The notes under the pieces: generated by a model
Seen by the model: only the letters and a program-made list of their open reading frames with translations
Told to the model about the DNA's origin: nothing
Databases searched by the model: none
Assembly (NCBI GenBank): GCA_949840465.1
Contig: CATKXE010000006.1
Coordinates: 964-64,963, forward strand
Length of the DNA: 64,000 nucleotides
Reading direction: 5' to 3'
Origin: an uncultured Lachnospiraceae bacterium
GTDB taxonomy: Bacteria > Bacillota > Clostridia > Lachnospirales > Lachnospiraceae
Program-made: the position numbers and the translations under genes
Shown: one piece after another, positions 9,294 through 18,638 of the stretch
How positions within the stretch are numbered: position 1 is the first letter of the stretch
Layout: every line of letters begins with the position of its first letter

Positions 9294-11525
9294 TCATAAC
9301 TTTTGCAGTTTTGCAAAGGAAGCAAACATTTTTTTCACCCCGGCAGAATCAAACTCCACAGTCACTTCATAATCCCTGCCTCCCTCTGTAATATTCTTTA
9401 CAACGCCTTCCCCGAATTTTACATGGGACACCCTGTCCCCAACCGTATAATCCAGCCCTTTTCCCTTCGTGACCGCAAAATGCTTTGCGCCCTTTCCTGC
9501 CGCCTGGCTCTGGAAGGGCTGCTGCTGAAACGCCTGCCTTGCATGCTGTCTTGCGTTCGGCAACGGCACGGTCTTTTCTTCTTCAAATAACGGTTCTGCC
9601 GTCTCGATCAGCTCCGGCGGAATCTCTTCCACAAACCGCGACATCCTTTGGAAACGGATTTCTCCGCGAACCATCCGCTGTCTGGCACAAGTGACCGTCA
9701 GTTTCTCTTCTGCCCTCGTAATCCCCACATAACAGAGCCTTCTTTCCTCCTCCAGTTCCTCCGGCTCATCGATACTCATGGAACTTGGGAACAGTCCTTC
9801 CTCCATGCCGGCCAGATACACATGGGGAAATTCAAGCCCTTTCGCACTATGCAGCGTCATCAGCACCACATAATCCTGATTCTCATCCAGACTGTCAATA
9901 TCCGCCACCAATGCCACCTCTTCCAGAAAACCGCTCAGCGTTGGATTCTCCCCTGCCATTCTGCAGTCCATCTCGTAAGTTACGATCTTACTCAGCAGTT
10001 CATCAATATTCTGTATCCTTGCCTCGGCATCTTCCTTGTCCTCTGCTTCCAGTATCTCTATGTAAGCCGTCGTTTCCAGAATCTCTTCCATTAGCTCGGA
10101 AATGCTTTCTTCTTCGACCCTGGTCTTGAAATATTCAATCAACGATACAAAGGAATCCAGCTTTGACGCCGCACGCCCGATACCCGGTATCAGATCCAGC
10201 CCCTTAAGAGCCTCATAAAATCCGATTTCCCGCAAGGTAGCAGACTCCTGCACCCGGTTAACCGTCGTCAGCCCGATCCCCCGTTTCGGCACATTGATGA
10301 TCCTCTGCACTGCCAGATCATCCCGGCCATTATCGATGGTCTTCAGGTAACAGAGCAGATCCTTGATCTCTCTGCGCGAATAAAAATTAACTCCGCCCAC
10401 AATCTTGTATGGAATGCCCAATTTCACAAATTTTTCTTCCAGAAGACGTGACTGCGCATTGGTCCGATACAAAACGGCACAGCCCTTATACGGCATGCCG
10501 CCCTTTGCTTCTGCCTTAATTTCCTCCGCAATATATTCCGCCTCGTCAAATGCGGTGTAAAACTGATGAACCTGGAGCTTGCGCCCCGCTTTGTTGTCTG
10601 TCCAGAGCGTCTTATCCTTTCTGCCCACATTATGCCGGATCACCGCATTCGCCGCATCCAGGATATTGCCCGTGGAACGATAATTCTGTTCCAGCTTAAT
10701 AACCTTTGCATCCTCATATTCCTTTTCAAAGTTCAGGATATTTTTAATATTGGCTCCCCGGAACTTATAGATGGACTGGTCGTCGTCTCCCACCACGCAG
10801 AGATTCCGGTACTTTGACGCCAGAAGACTGATGAACTCGAACTGCACCGTGTTCGTATCCTGATATTCATCCACCATAATGTAGTGGAACCGCTCCTGAT
10901 AATGCTCCAATACATCCGGCTGTGTCTGGAACAGCTGCACGGTCTTTAACAGCAGATCGTCAAAATCCAGTGCATTGTTGGCCCGAAGCTGTTTCTCATA
11001 TTCCTGATATACCTTAGCGGTTCTCTGCATGGCGAAATCGCCCGCTGCATTCGCTTCATATTTTCCCGGGATCAGCATCTCATTTTTTGCCGATGAGATG
11101 GCTGCCAAAAATGTCCGCTCCTTATAAACCTTTGTATCAATATTCAGACTTTTACAGATTGCCTTCATAAGCGTCTTCTGATCGTCACTGTCATAAATCG
11201 TAAAGTGATTCTCATATCCCAGACGGTCGATATATCTTCTTAAAATCCGTACACAGGCAGAGTGGAATGTACTGACCCAGATGCTCTCTGAACCCAAACC
11301 TGCCAGATTGTCCACCCGCTCCCTCATCTCCCCTGCCGCTTTATTCGTAAATGTGATTGCAAGGATATTCCATGGATTCACCCCCATCTCCTGCATCAGA
11401 TATGCGATCCTGTGGGTCAGAACCCTGGTTTTCCCTGACCCCGCCCCCGCGAGGATCAACAGCGGCCCTTCTGTATGGTACACTGCCTCTCTTTGTTGCT
11501 CATTCAGTGAATCATATATGCTCAT
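9294..11525 (-). CDS. pcrA: ATP-dependent DNA helicase PcrA
   Basis: LAGAGSGKTRVLT, VDEYQDTN, LEQNYRST, LMTLHSAKGLEF, EEERRLCYVGITRA, C-terminal Tudor-like domain. Confidence 0.97.
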   Translation of the reverse strand: MSIYDSLNEQQREAVYHTEGPLLILAGAGSGKTRVLTHRIAYLMQEMGVNPWNILAITFTNKAAGEMRERVDNLAGLGSESIWVSTFHSACVRILRRYIDRLGYENHFTIYDSDDQKTLMKAICKSLNIDTKVYKERTFLAAISSAKNEMLIPGKYEANAAGDFAMQRTAKVYQEYEKQLRANNALDFDDLLLKTVQLFQTQPDVLEHYQERFHYIMVDEYQDTNTVQFEFISLLASKYRNLCVVGDDDQSIYKFRGANIKNILNFEKEYEDAKVIKLEQNYRSTGNILDAANAVIRHNVGRKDKTLWTDNKAGRKLQVHQFYTAFDEAEYIAEEIKAEAKGGMPYKGCAVLYRTNAQSRLLEEKFVKLGIPYKIVGGVNFYSRREIKDLLCYLKTIDNGRDDLAVQRIINVPKRGIGLTTVNRVQESATLREIGFYEALKGLDLIPGIGRAASKLDSFVSLIEYFKTRVEEESISELMEEILETTAYIEILEAEDKEDAEARIQNIDELLSKIVTYEMDCRMAGENPTLSGFLEEVALVADIDSLDENQDYVVLMTLHSAKGLEFPHVYLAGMEEGLFPSSMSIDEPEELEEERRLCYVGITRAEEKLTVTCARQRMVRGEIRFQRMSRFVEEIPPELIETAEPLFEEEKTVPLPNARQHARQAFQQQPFQSQAAGKGAKHFAVTKGKGLDYTVGDRVSHVKFGEGVVKNITEGGRDYEVTVEFDSAGVKKMFASFAKLQKL

Positions 11526-11608
11526 AATCTTCTCCTATCGTAAAATACGGGTTCTTTAAAGCCATATCGCGGCTGTTTTTTTGCAGTCCTGCATTCCTAA
11601 AATCCTTC

Positions 11609-12505
11609 TCAGGCTTTTTTCTGATCCTGACGTACCTCTCTCGGCGTACATCCATAGATCTCACGGAACATCTTATTAAACATTTTATAGTTTGTAAACC
11701 CATGCTTCTCGGCCAGTTCCATGATCCCTGACTGGGTGTTGCAGATTTCCTGATAAATATGCATCAGACGAACCTGATTCACATATCTGGAAAATGTCAC
11801 TCCCATATTTTTGCGGAAAAACCGACTGAAATACTCCCGGCTCAGATAAAAATGAGACGCAATATCCTCCAGCGAAATCGGCTCTGCGTGATGGAGCTCG
11901 ATATATTCTATGATTTCTTCCAGCCGCTCCAGATTCTCCTGTTTCTCGGACTTCGAAAGGAGTTCCCCCTGCACGGCAAACCGGTTCACAAGCTCAAAAA
12001 AAATCTCCATGGCAACCGCCTGGCTTTTCAGCTTATAGCCTGTGGGATGCATCACATACAGCGGCGGCAGCTGTTTTAAAAGCTCGCAGATCTCCAGATA
12101 GGCCGCAAGCTGTTCTTTCTTAAGCTCCGCCCTTGTACAGCGGATATGGTATTCTTCCAGATTCGGAATAAAATTCTTCATACTGCTCCGCGAAAAATGA
12201 ATAACAACCGACATAGATGCATCCATATACCGGAACTCATGGATCTGATTAGAATCAATCACGACGAATTCCCCGGCAACAACCGGGTAATATTTCTCTT
12301 CTATCATAATCATCCCCTGCCCGTTAAGGATATAGATCAATTCAACCGCCGAATGCCAGTGAACCGGATTATACTTACGCACACTGGTATAATAACGGAT
12401 CTGCACCCCTGTCCTCTCCAGCTTAAATAAAGGTTCATAAATCATAATTTTATCTGCCTTTCCCTGAAATCTGCACGTTGTCAAATCCTGGGATGAGCCC
12501 TTCAT
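11609..12505 (-). CDS. AraC family transcriptional regulator
   Basis: Cupin motif HWHSAVELIYILNG and C-terminal double HTH (LEDIASHFYLSREYFSRFF; FNKMFREIYGCTPRE). True start may be the internal MIYEP. Confidence 0.92.
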   Translation of the reverse strand: MKGSSQDLTTCRFQGKADKIMIYEPLFKLERTGVQIRYYTSVRKYNPVHWHSAVELIYILNGQGMIMIEEKYYPVVAGEFVVIDSNQIHEFRYMDASMSVVIHFSRSSMKNFIPNLEEYHIRCTRAELKKEQLAAYLEICELLKQLPPLYVMHPTGYKLKSQAVAMEIFFELVNRFAVQGELLSKSEKQENLERLEEIIEYIELHHAEPISLEDIASHFYLSREYFSRFFRKNMGVTFSRYVNQVRLMHIYQEICNTQSGIMELAEKHGFTNYKMFNKMFREIYGCTPREVRQDQKKA

Positions 12506-12511
12506 GGAATG

Positions 12512-14137
12512 TCATCCAAAAAACAGGCGGTAACAGACATACACAATGACCAAAGCCGCCGCCACAGCTGCCTGTGTCAGAAGTATTTTCCCAGAACTTC
12601 CTTTTTCCGTCCTCTTATGTTCGCCTGGTTCCAGCAAGGCGCCCCAGGGACTGTGCTTCTGCATCTTCAGCGAAATTCCTTTTTTCTCACTCTCCCCGAT
12701 CGATTTTAGAAATTGTTTCCAGTTATCCTCCAGAAGCCGGATTCCTCTTAACAGATCTGCCTGCATAGTCTGCTTTTTCAATAACATCTGAAAAAAACCT
12801 GCCTCATCCGAGTATGCGGCCTGCTGCTTGTGGGAACTATGCTCCTTTTTCTCCTGAAACAGTGTATACGCATATTCCAGGCCTTCCTCCATGGCTTTTT
12901 GTGGATTTTGGGATCTTTCATATACGTTGGTAGTATAATCATAGACCTTATAGACCCCTTTTTGACTCAGATAATAATCTAACATCTGATTCAATGCATT
13001 CTTCATGGGGACATTCATCCCACTTTCTTTTCCAGAAGCTGCCGCGAACATCTGCCCCTTGATCATAGTAATTGCCGCAAGATATCCGACTACCTCTTCA
13101 TTCTTTGCATTCATACCCGGGTTTTTCAGTAAATTCCCACTGCCATTGACGTGGGCTGCAAATCGATTTGCCCGGGCAAGCTCATTTGCCGTAAAGGAAA
13201 CACTGCCTGAGAATCCTGTGTCCCCTCTGCCCTTGTGCCCCGCATTTCCCAATACCTGGTTTCTTTGGCTGATCTGTAACTCACCGGCTCTCCTGCGGGC
13301 ATCAAATTCCTGATTCACCGTAACATTCCTGCCCTTTGCCAGCTGATACAGCGTCCCTTCCCCGGATACCTGCGGGGATTTTGCAGCATAATGTGCATAA
13401 GAAGCTGTCCTTATGCCATTCTTTCCTACAGCCGAGGACTCTGGCATGAAAAAACGGGTGTTGCCGGCGTTAGCTCCTGTTTTTCCTTTTGCGTAAAACT
13501 GATCCGCAGCTCTGGCGGAGATACTCTGTCCCGTTGCCTTCTTATAGACACTGGCCTTAACATTCTGCATGGTTTCCGTCTGCTTTGTCTGCTCCAGAAA
13601 CTCCATTAATTCCTTCAGATCTGTATCTAAAAGCGCAGCCAGTTTTTGAGCCAGCAGCCCATCGAGCCTCTCGATCTGTGCTGCCTGCTCCTCGCCCATC
13701 GTATGTGTCAGGACGGCCTCTAAAAGAGCAAGGTACAGTTTAGATAGTTCTTCAAGCTGGCTGGAAAGATTTCCTCCCTCGGCTGGTCTCCAGTTCAAAA
13801 ATTTTTCCAAAAGCTCCTGCTCCATTTCCAGTATCCACTTGATATCCTCTTCCTGCAGGATTTTCCCTTCCGTCCCAAACCATTTGCTCTGTTTCGAAAG
13901 TTCGGAGGTATCTCTTTTCTCTTCTTCTTTGTTCGGCTCCTTCTCCTGCTCTCTTGCCTCCCTCTCGTTCTCAAGCTCTTCCTTCACCTGCTCCGCCCGC
14001 TTTGCAGCAGCCTCGATCGCCATCTGGCCCGCCTGCATTTCGATTGTCTGTTTTGCGATCCTCGCGTCCAGGGCTGCAGAAGATGCGGATGTGGATGCAC
14101 CTGTCAGGTTCCCGCCCATTTCCTTTACATTTGCCAT
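12512..14137 (-). CDS. hypothetical protein, coiled-coil N-terminus and C-terminal membrane anchor
   Basis: 541-aa ORF with purine-rich RBS and C-terminal hydrophobic helix ILLTQAAVAAALVIVYVCYRLFFG. No family recognised. Confidence 0.7.
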   Translation of the reverse strand: MANVKEMGGNLTGASTSASSAALDARIAKQTIEMQAGQMAIEAAAKRAEQVKEELENEREAREQEKEPNKEEEKRDTSELSKQSKWFGTEGKILQEEDIKWILEMEQELLEKFLNWRPAEGGNLSSQLEELSKLYLALLEAVLTHTMGEEQAAQIERLDGLLAQKLAALLDTDLKELMEFLEQTKQTETMQNVKASVYKKATGQSISARAADQFYAKGKTGANAGNTRFFMPESSAVGKNGIRTASYAHYAAKSPQVSGEGTLYQLAKGRNVTVNQEFDARRRAGELQISQRNQVLGNAGHKGRGDTGFSGSVSFTANELARANRFAAHVNGSGNLLKNPGMNAKNEEVVGYLAAITMIKGQMFAAASGKESGMNVPMKNALNQMLDYYLSQKGVYKVYDYTTNVYERSQNPQKAMEEGLEYAYTLFQEKKEHSSHKQQAAYSDEAGFFQMLLKKQTMQADLLRGIRLLEDNWKQFLKSIGESEKKGISLKMQKHSPWGALLEPGEHKRTEKGSSGKILLTQAAVAAALVIVYVCYRLFFG

Positions 14138-14236
14138 TCCCTTCCCCTCGCTCTTTCAATACCACAGATTGTCCTATAATAAAATATCGGCTCAACTGCA
14201 AATGACATAAGAAAAGGGCCTGTTATGCAAAGTGAA

Positions 14237-14259
14237 ACCGGCTTCTCAGAGAAGCCGGT
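14237..14259 (-). terminator. hairpin after lgt
   Basis: Perfect inverted repeat accggcttct-cag-agaagccggt directly after the lgt stop. Confidence 0.6.
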
Positions 14260-14262
14260 CAC

Positions 14263-15219
14263 TTACTCCATATTTTTGAAAAGCCTGTCCTTCGCTTTCG
14301 GTTTCCTGCTTCCTTTGATTTTCTGCGGCATCGGCTTATAATCCGCAGACGCCTTTAAAAACGGAATTCCTTTGTGGTTTTTCCGCAAATACAGAAGAAC
14401 CCCGCCCGTCACAAGTACCATTCCTCCCGCAAGGATCTGGGATACCGGTAAGGTGGTTCCCGGGAGGAATAACTGGTCTGTCCTGATCCCTTCGATCCAT
14501 ACCCGTCCAAGCCCATAACCGAACAGGTAGAGCAGAAACAGTTCTCCTTCATACTTCTTATGCTTCCGGTATAAAAATAAGAAAATTAAAACTCCGCAGC
14601 ACCAAAGTGATTCATATAAAAATGTAGGATGCACCTGAATATAGCTGACCCCTTCCATCGTCTCCATATGCTGCCGCATCTCCTCGGTCACATCTCTGCT
14701 GCGCACCGCATCCAAAGGTAGCCTCATGGCAAACAGGGAGTCCGTATAGCCCCCAAATACTTCCCGGTTGAAAAAATTACCCCAGCGTCCCAGCATCTGC
14801 CCGTTCACCAATGCCATTGCGATGGTATCAAATATCTGGGGTGCAGAAAGATGTTTTATCCTCGCACAGACCAGTACTGCAATGATTGCGCCGATAATCC
14901 CTCCGTAGATGGCAAGGCCGCCTTCCCGCAGATTCAAAATGCCTGGCAGGTCATCTTTATACATATCCCAGGAAAAGATGACATAGTAAATCCTGGCTCC
15001 TGCGATTCCGCAGATCACGCCCACCAGCCCCATATCCATATAATCCTCCGGATTCTGGCGGGTACGCTTCGCCTCGGCAGTGGCAATAGCAAATCCAATG
15101 AGAATGGCGGCTCCGATAATCACCCCATAATATGCAATCTCAAAGCCGAAAACCGAGACTGATTTACCCACATGTTCTAATTCGATTCCCAGATTGGGAA
15201 AACCGATATTTTCATGCAT
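14263..15219 (-). CDS. lgt: prolipoprotein diacylglyceryl transferase
   Basis: EGGLAIYGG, QMLGRWGNFFNRE, HPTFLYES, YGLGRVWIEGIRTD. Confidence 0.95.
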   Translation of the reverse strand: MHENIGFPNLGIELEHVGKSVSVFGFEIAYYGVIIGAAILIGFAIATAEAKRTRQNPEDYMDMGLVGVICGIAGARIYYVIFSWDMYKDDLPGILNLREGGLAIYGGIIGAIIAVLVCARIKHLSAPQIFDTIAMALVNGQMLGRWGNFFNREVFGGYTDSLFAMRLPLDAVRSRDVTEEMRQHMETMEGVSYIQVHPTFLYESLWCCGVLIFLFLYRKHKKYEGELFLLYLFGYGLGRVWIEGIRTDQLFLPGTTLPVSQILAGGMVLVTGGVLLYLRKNHKGIPFLKASADYKPMPQKIKGSRKPKAKDRLFKNME

Positions 15220-15272
15220 GCAAAAGCACACTCCTTCCAGATATTGTGTGATGGGGCGTAACTTTGCCCATC

Positions 15273-16370
15273 CTATACATTAAACCGAAACAAAATGATA
15301 TCCCCATCCTGAACTACGTATTCTTTTCCTTCCAGCCTTACAAGCCCCTTTTCCTTTGCCGCTGCGTGCGTCCCACAGGCCATCAGGTCGTCATAGCCTA
15401 CAATTTCCGCACGGATAAAGCCGCGTTCAAAATCCGAATGGATCTTTCCCGCCGCCTGCGGCGCCTTGGTTCCCTTCCTTATAGTCCATGCCCGTACTTC
15501 CGGTTCTCCTGCCGTCAAGAAGCTAATCAGCCCCAACAGGCTGTAGCTCGCTTTTATTAGTTTCTCCAATCCGGGCTCTTCTAAACCCAGATCTTCCAAA
15601 AACATTTTCTTTTCTTCCTCGTCCAGCTCTGCAATCTCCTGCTCAATCTGTGCACAGACTACGAACACCTCGCACTCTTCCCTCTGCGCATAGTCACGGA
15701 CGGCCTGTACTCCCACGTTGGAAGCGCCGTCGTCCGGAAGGTCATCCTCGGATACATTGGCTGCAAAGATCACCGGCTTTGCGGTCAGAAGATGATACTC
15801 CGAAAGCCACGCCGCCTCGTCTTCATTCTCTGCGCGGAAGGTTTTCACCATCTTATTTTCTTCCAAATGGGCTTCGAGCCGTTTCAGAAACTCTAACTCC
15901 TTTGCCGCTGCCTTGTCATTCCTTGCCATTTTCGCGGTCTTGGCCGCTCTTCGCTCCAGAATCTCCAGATCAGAAAAAATTAATTCCAGATTGATCGTCT
16001 CGATATCGCGCGGAGGGTCGATACTCCCGTCTACATGGACGATATTGCTGTCCTCAAAACAGCGCACTACATGGACGATCGCATCCACTTCCCGGATATT
16101 TGCAAGGAACTGGTTCCCCAGCCCTTCTCCCCTGGAAGCTCCTTTTACAAGGCCTGCGATGTCTACAAATTCAATCACGGCTGGCACAATTTTTTTTGTA
16201 TGGTACATCTCTCCCAGTACATCCAGACGATGATCCGGCACGGACACTACCCCGACGTTCGGATCTATGGTACAAAACGGATAATTGGCCGACTCCGCGC
16301 CTGCCCTGGTCAGTGAATTGAACAATGTACTCTTTCCCACATTCGGTAATCCTACGATCCCCAGTTTCAT
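15273..16370 (-). CDS. ychF: redox-regulated ATPase YchF
   Basis: [35 protein letters not shown], canonical end FRFNV followed by TAG. Confidence 0.97.
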   Translation of the reverse strand: MKLGIVGLPNVGKSTLFNSLTRAGAESANYPFCTIDPNVGVVSVPDHRLDVLGEMYHTKKIVPAVIEFVDIAGLVKGASRGEGLGNQFLANIREVDAIVHVVRCFEDSNIVHVDGSIDPPRDIETINLELIFSDLEILERRAAKTAKMARNDKAAAKELEFLKRLEAHLEENKMVKTFRAENEDEAAWLSEYHLLTAKPVIFAANVSEDDLPDDGASNVGVQAVRDYAQREECEVFVVCAQIEQEIAELDEEEKKMFLEDLGLEEPGLEKLIKASYSLLGLISFLTAGEPEVRAWTIRKGTKAPQAAGKIHSDFERGFIRAEIVGYDDLMACGTHAAAKEKGLVRLEGKEYVVQDGDIILFRFNV

Positions 16371-16401
16371 AACACTCTATTCTCCTTACATTCTAATCTT
16401 C

Positions 16402-17073
16402 TCATTTCGTATCTTTTGGGACATCCCTTGTCTCCATCAGTATGACTTCCCCCAAAGGAAAGGATATCTCCACCTCATCCTCTGCAAATTCATTGCTGAC
16501 GCACAAACTGTCGTAGGGCGTGAGCACATGATGGCACAGAGGATACTTTGCCCCTCGAATATTAAAATCCAACACGGTTCCCGACAGAGGAAACACCGAA
16601 AAATAAGGTCCGTATGCCTCCTGCTTTTTCAGGACAATCCCCTGATCCAGCAGGCGGATCCGGTTATAACTGTCCACAATGCGGGCATCCGCCCCTGCAT
16701 CCAGCGCAATTTTCAGACACTGGACATTTGCCCAAAGATGGTCTGCGCGGCTGCCGGTAGCCCCCACAAGCAGAATCCGTTTCCTTCCTAACTCCAACCC
16801 CAGACGCAGAGCGCTCTCGGTGTCAGAGACATCCTTTACAGGATTAAACTTACGAATAGGAATCTTCGTATTCTCACGATAATAAGATATAATTTCCTCC
16901 GGCGTGCTGTCAAAATCTCCTACAATATAGTCCGGCAAAATCCCATGTTCATGCAAAAACACCAGCCCGTGATCCGCACCTATGATCAATTCTGTCTCTT
17001 CACTTTTCAGGATATCTGTCACAAACTTTTCGTCCAGCGCACCGCCGCTGATAATCACTGTATATTTATTCAT
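16402..17073 (-). CDS. thiN: thiamine pyrophosphokinase
   Basis: IGADHG, PDYIVGDFDS, KDVSDTE, GATGSRADH, CVSNE. Start reassigned to MNKY, which overlaps the rpe stop. Confidence 0.92.
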   Translation of the reverse strand: MNKYTVIISGGALDEKFVTDILKSEETELIIGADHGLVFLHEHGILPDYIVGDFDSTPEEIISYYRENTKIPIRKFNPVKDVSDTESALRLGLELGRKRILLVGATGSRADHLWANVQCLKIALDAGADARIVDSYNRIRLLDQGIVLKKQEAYGPYFSVFPLSGTVLDFNIRGAKYPLCHHVLTPYDSLCVSNEFAEDEVEISFPLGEVILMETRDVPKDTK

Positions 17074-17728
17074 ATTCTTTAAAAATCTCCATAAACGCAA
17101 AAACATTTTCTGCAATATTTCCATGAAATACGGAAGACCCCGACACAATCACATTCGCGCCGGCATCCAAAATCTCTCTTACATTATTGTGGTACACACC
17201 TCCGTCAACTTCCACATCTGCCTCCAGATCCCGCTCTTCAAGCAGACTTCTGAGCCTGCGGATCTTATCCAGGGACTCCGGAATGAATGCCTGTCCGCCA
17301 AGCCCCGGCTCAACCGACATAATCAGGAACAGCTCCGCCTGGTCCAGATACGGGATCAGTACATCTACAGGCGTCCCCGGCTTGATTGTTATGCCTGCTT
17401 TTTTGCCGCATCCATGAATCCGATCGAGTACAGCCTGAAGATTCCCACATGCCTCATAGTGGACATTCACAATATCCGCCCCTGCCTCAGAGAACTTGTC
17501 CACATACCGAATCGGGTCTTCAATCATCAGATGCACATCCATAACCATGTTTTCTTTTCCCTGTATACAGGCCAGTACAGGAAGCCCAAATGAGATATTT
17601 GGCACAAACATCCCATCCATCACATCAAAGTGCAGATACCCCGCGCCTCCACGCGCACAAATCTCCATCTGTTCACCTAGCCTGTTAAAATCCGCCGCTA
17701 ATATAGACGGCGCCAATATTCGTCTCAT
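17066..17728 (-). CDS. rpe: ribulose-phosphate 3-epimerase
   Basis: APSILAADF, HFDVMDGMFVPN, MSVEPGLGGQ, VDGG. Confidence 0.96.
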   Translation of the reverse strand: MRRILAPSILAADFNRLGEQMEICARGGAGYLHFDVMDGMFVPNISFGLPVLACIQGKENMVMDVHLMIEDPIRYVDKFSEAGADIVNVHYEACGNLQAVLDRIHGCGKKAGITIKPGTPVDVLIPYLDQAELFLIMSVEPGLGGQAFIPESLDKIRRLRSLLEERDLEADVEVDGGVYHNNVREILDAGANVIVSGSSVFHGNIAENVFAFMEIFKEYE

Positions 17729-17747
17729 GTCCCGCTCCTTCGTTTCC

Positions 17748-18626
17748 TTAATATCTCTTCTTTTCCTTTAACTCCTGATACATTCCAAGATAATTTTCAT
17801 AGCGGCTTCTGTGGATCATGCCTTCCTCCACAGCCGCCTTCACCGCGCATCCCGGTTCGTGTACATGATCACACCCACTATATCGGCAGTGTTCTTCAAA
17901 ATCAGCAAACTCCCGAAAAAAGTGTTTCAGTTCTTCTTTTTCAAAATCGTCCACATAGAGGGAACCAAACCCAGGCGTATCTATAATATAGCTTCCTTCT
18001 TCAATCTTGATCAGCTCTGAATGCCGGGTGGTATGTCTGCCTCTCGCGATTTTCTTACTGATGCTGCCAGTCTCCATCCGTACCTCAGACTGGAGGAGAT
18101 TGATCAGCGAAGACTTCCCCACCCCGGAAGGTCCGGCAATAGCTGTCGTCTTTCCCCGGAGCAGTTCCTTCACAGGCTCGATATTTTCCTGCGTAAGCGC
18201 GCTGGAGAGCAGCAACGGATATCCGCATCCACTGTAGACCTCCTTTAAATGCGCCATTTCCTTCTGGGTGGCAATATCCTTTTTATTAAAACAGAGCACC
18301 GCCGGAATCCCTTTTCTCTCCATCATTACAAGAAACCGATCCAATAGATGAAAATGAGGTTTGGGATCTGTCACTGCGAATACCACCAATGCCTGATCAA
18401 TATTCGCCACAGCAGGGCGCACCAATTCATTTTTTCTCGGCAGGATACGCTCAATGTTCCCCTCTTTCTTCTCTTCATCCAACACGGCCATGGAGACCAG
18501 ATCTCCGACCAGAGGCTTCATTTTTTCTTTTCGGAATATTCCCTTTGCCTTACACTCATAAAGGCCGGATTCTACCACGTAAACGTAGTAGAATCCGGCG
18601 ATCCCTTTTATAATCTTTCCCTCCAT
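17748..18626 (-). CDS. rsgA: ribosome small subunit-dependent GTPase
   Basis: FNKKD, GPSGVGKSSLIN, GRHTTRH, DTPGF, zinc finger CRYSGCDHVHEPGC. Confidence 0.96.
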   Translation of the reverse strand: MEGKIIKGIAGFYYVYVVESGLYECKAKGIFRKEKMKPLVGDLVSMAVLDEEKKEGNIERILPRKNELVRPAVANIDQALVVFAVTDPKPHFHLLDRFLVMMERKGIPAVLCFNKKDIATQKEMAHLKEVYSGCGYPLLLSSALTQENIEPVKELLRGKTTAIAGPSGVGKSSLINLLQSEVRMETGSISKKIARGRHTTRHSELIKIEEGSYIIDTPGFGSLYVDDFEKEELKHFFREFADFEEHCRYSGCDHVHEPGCAVKAAVEEGMIHRSRYENYLGMYQELKEKKRY

Positions 18627-18638
18627 ACAACCTCCGGA

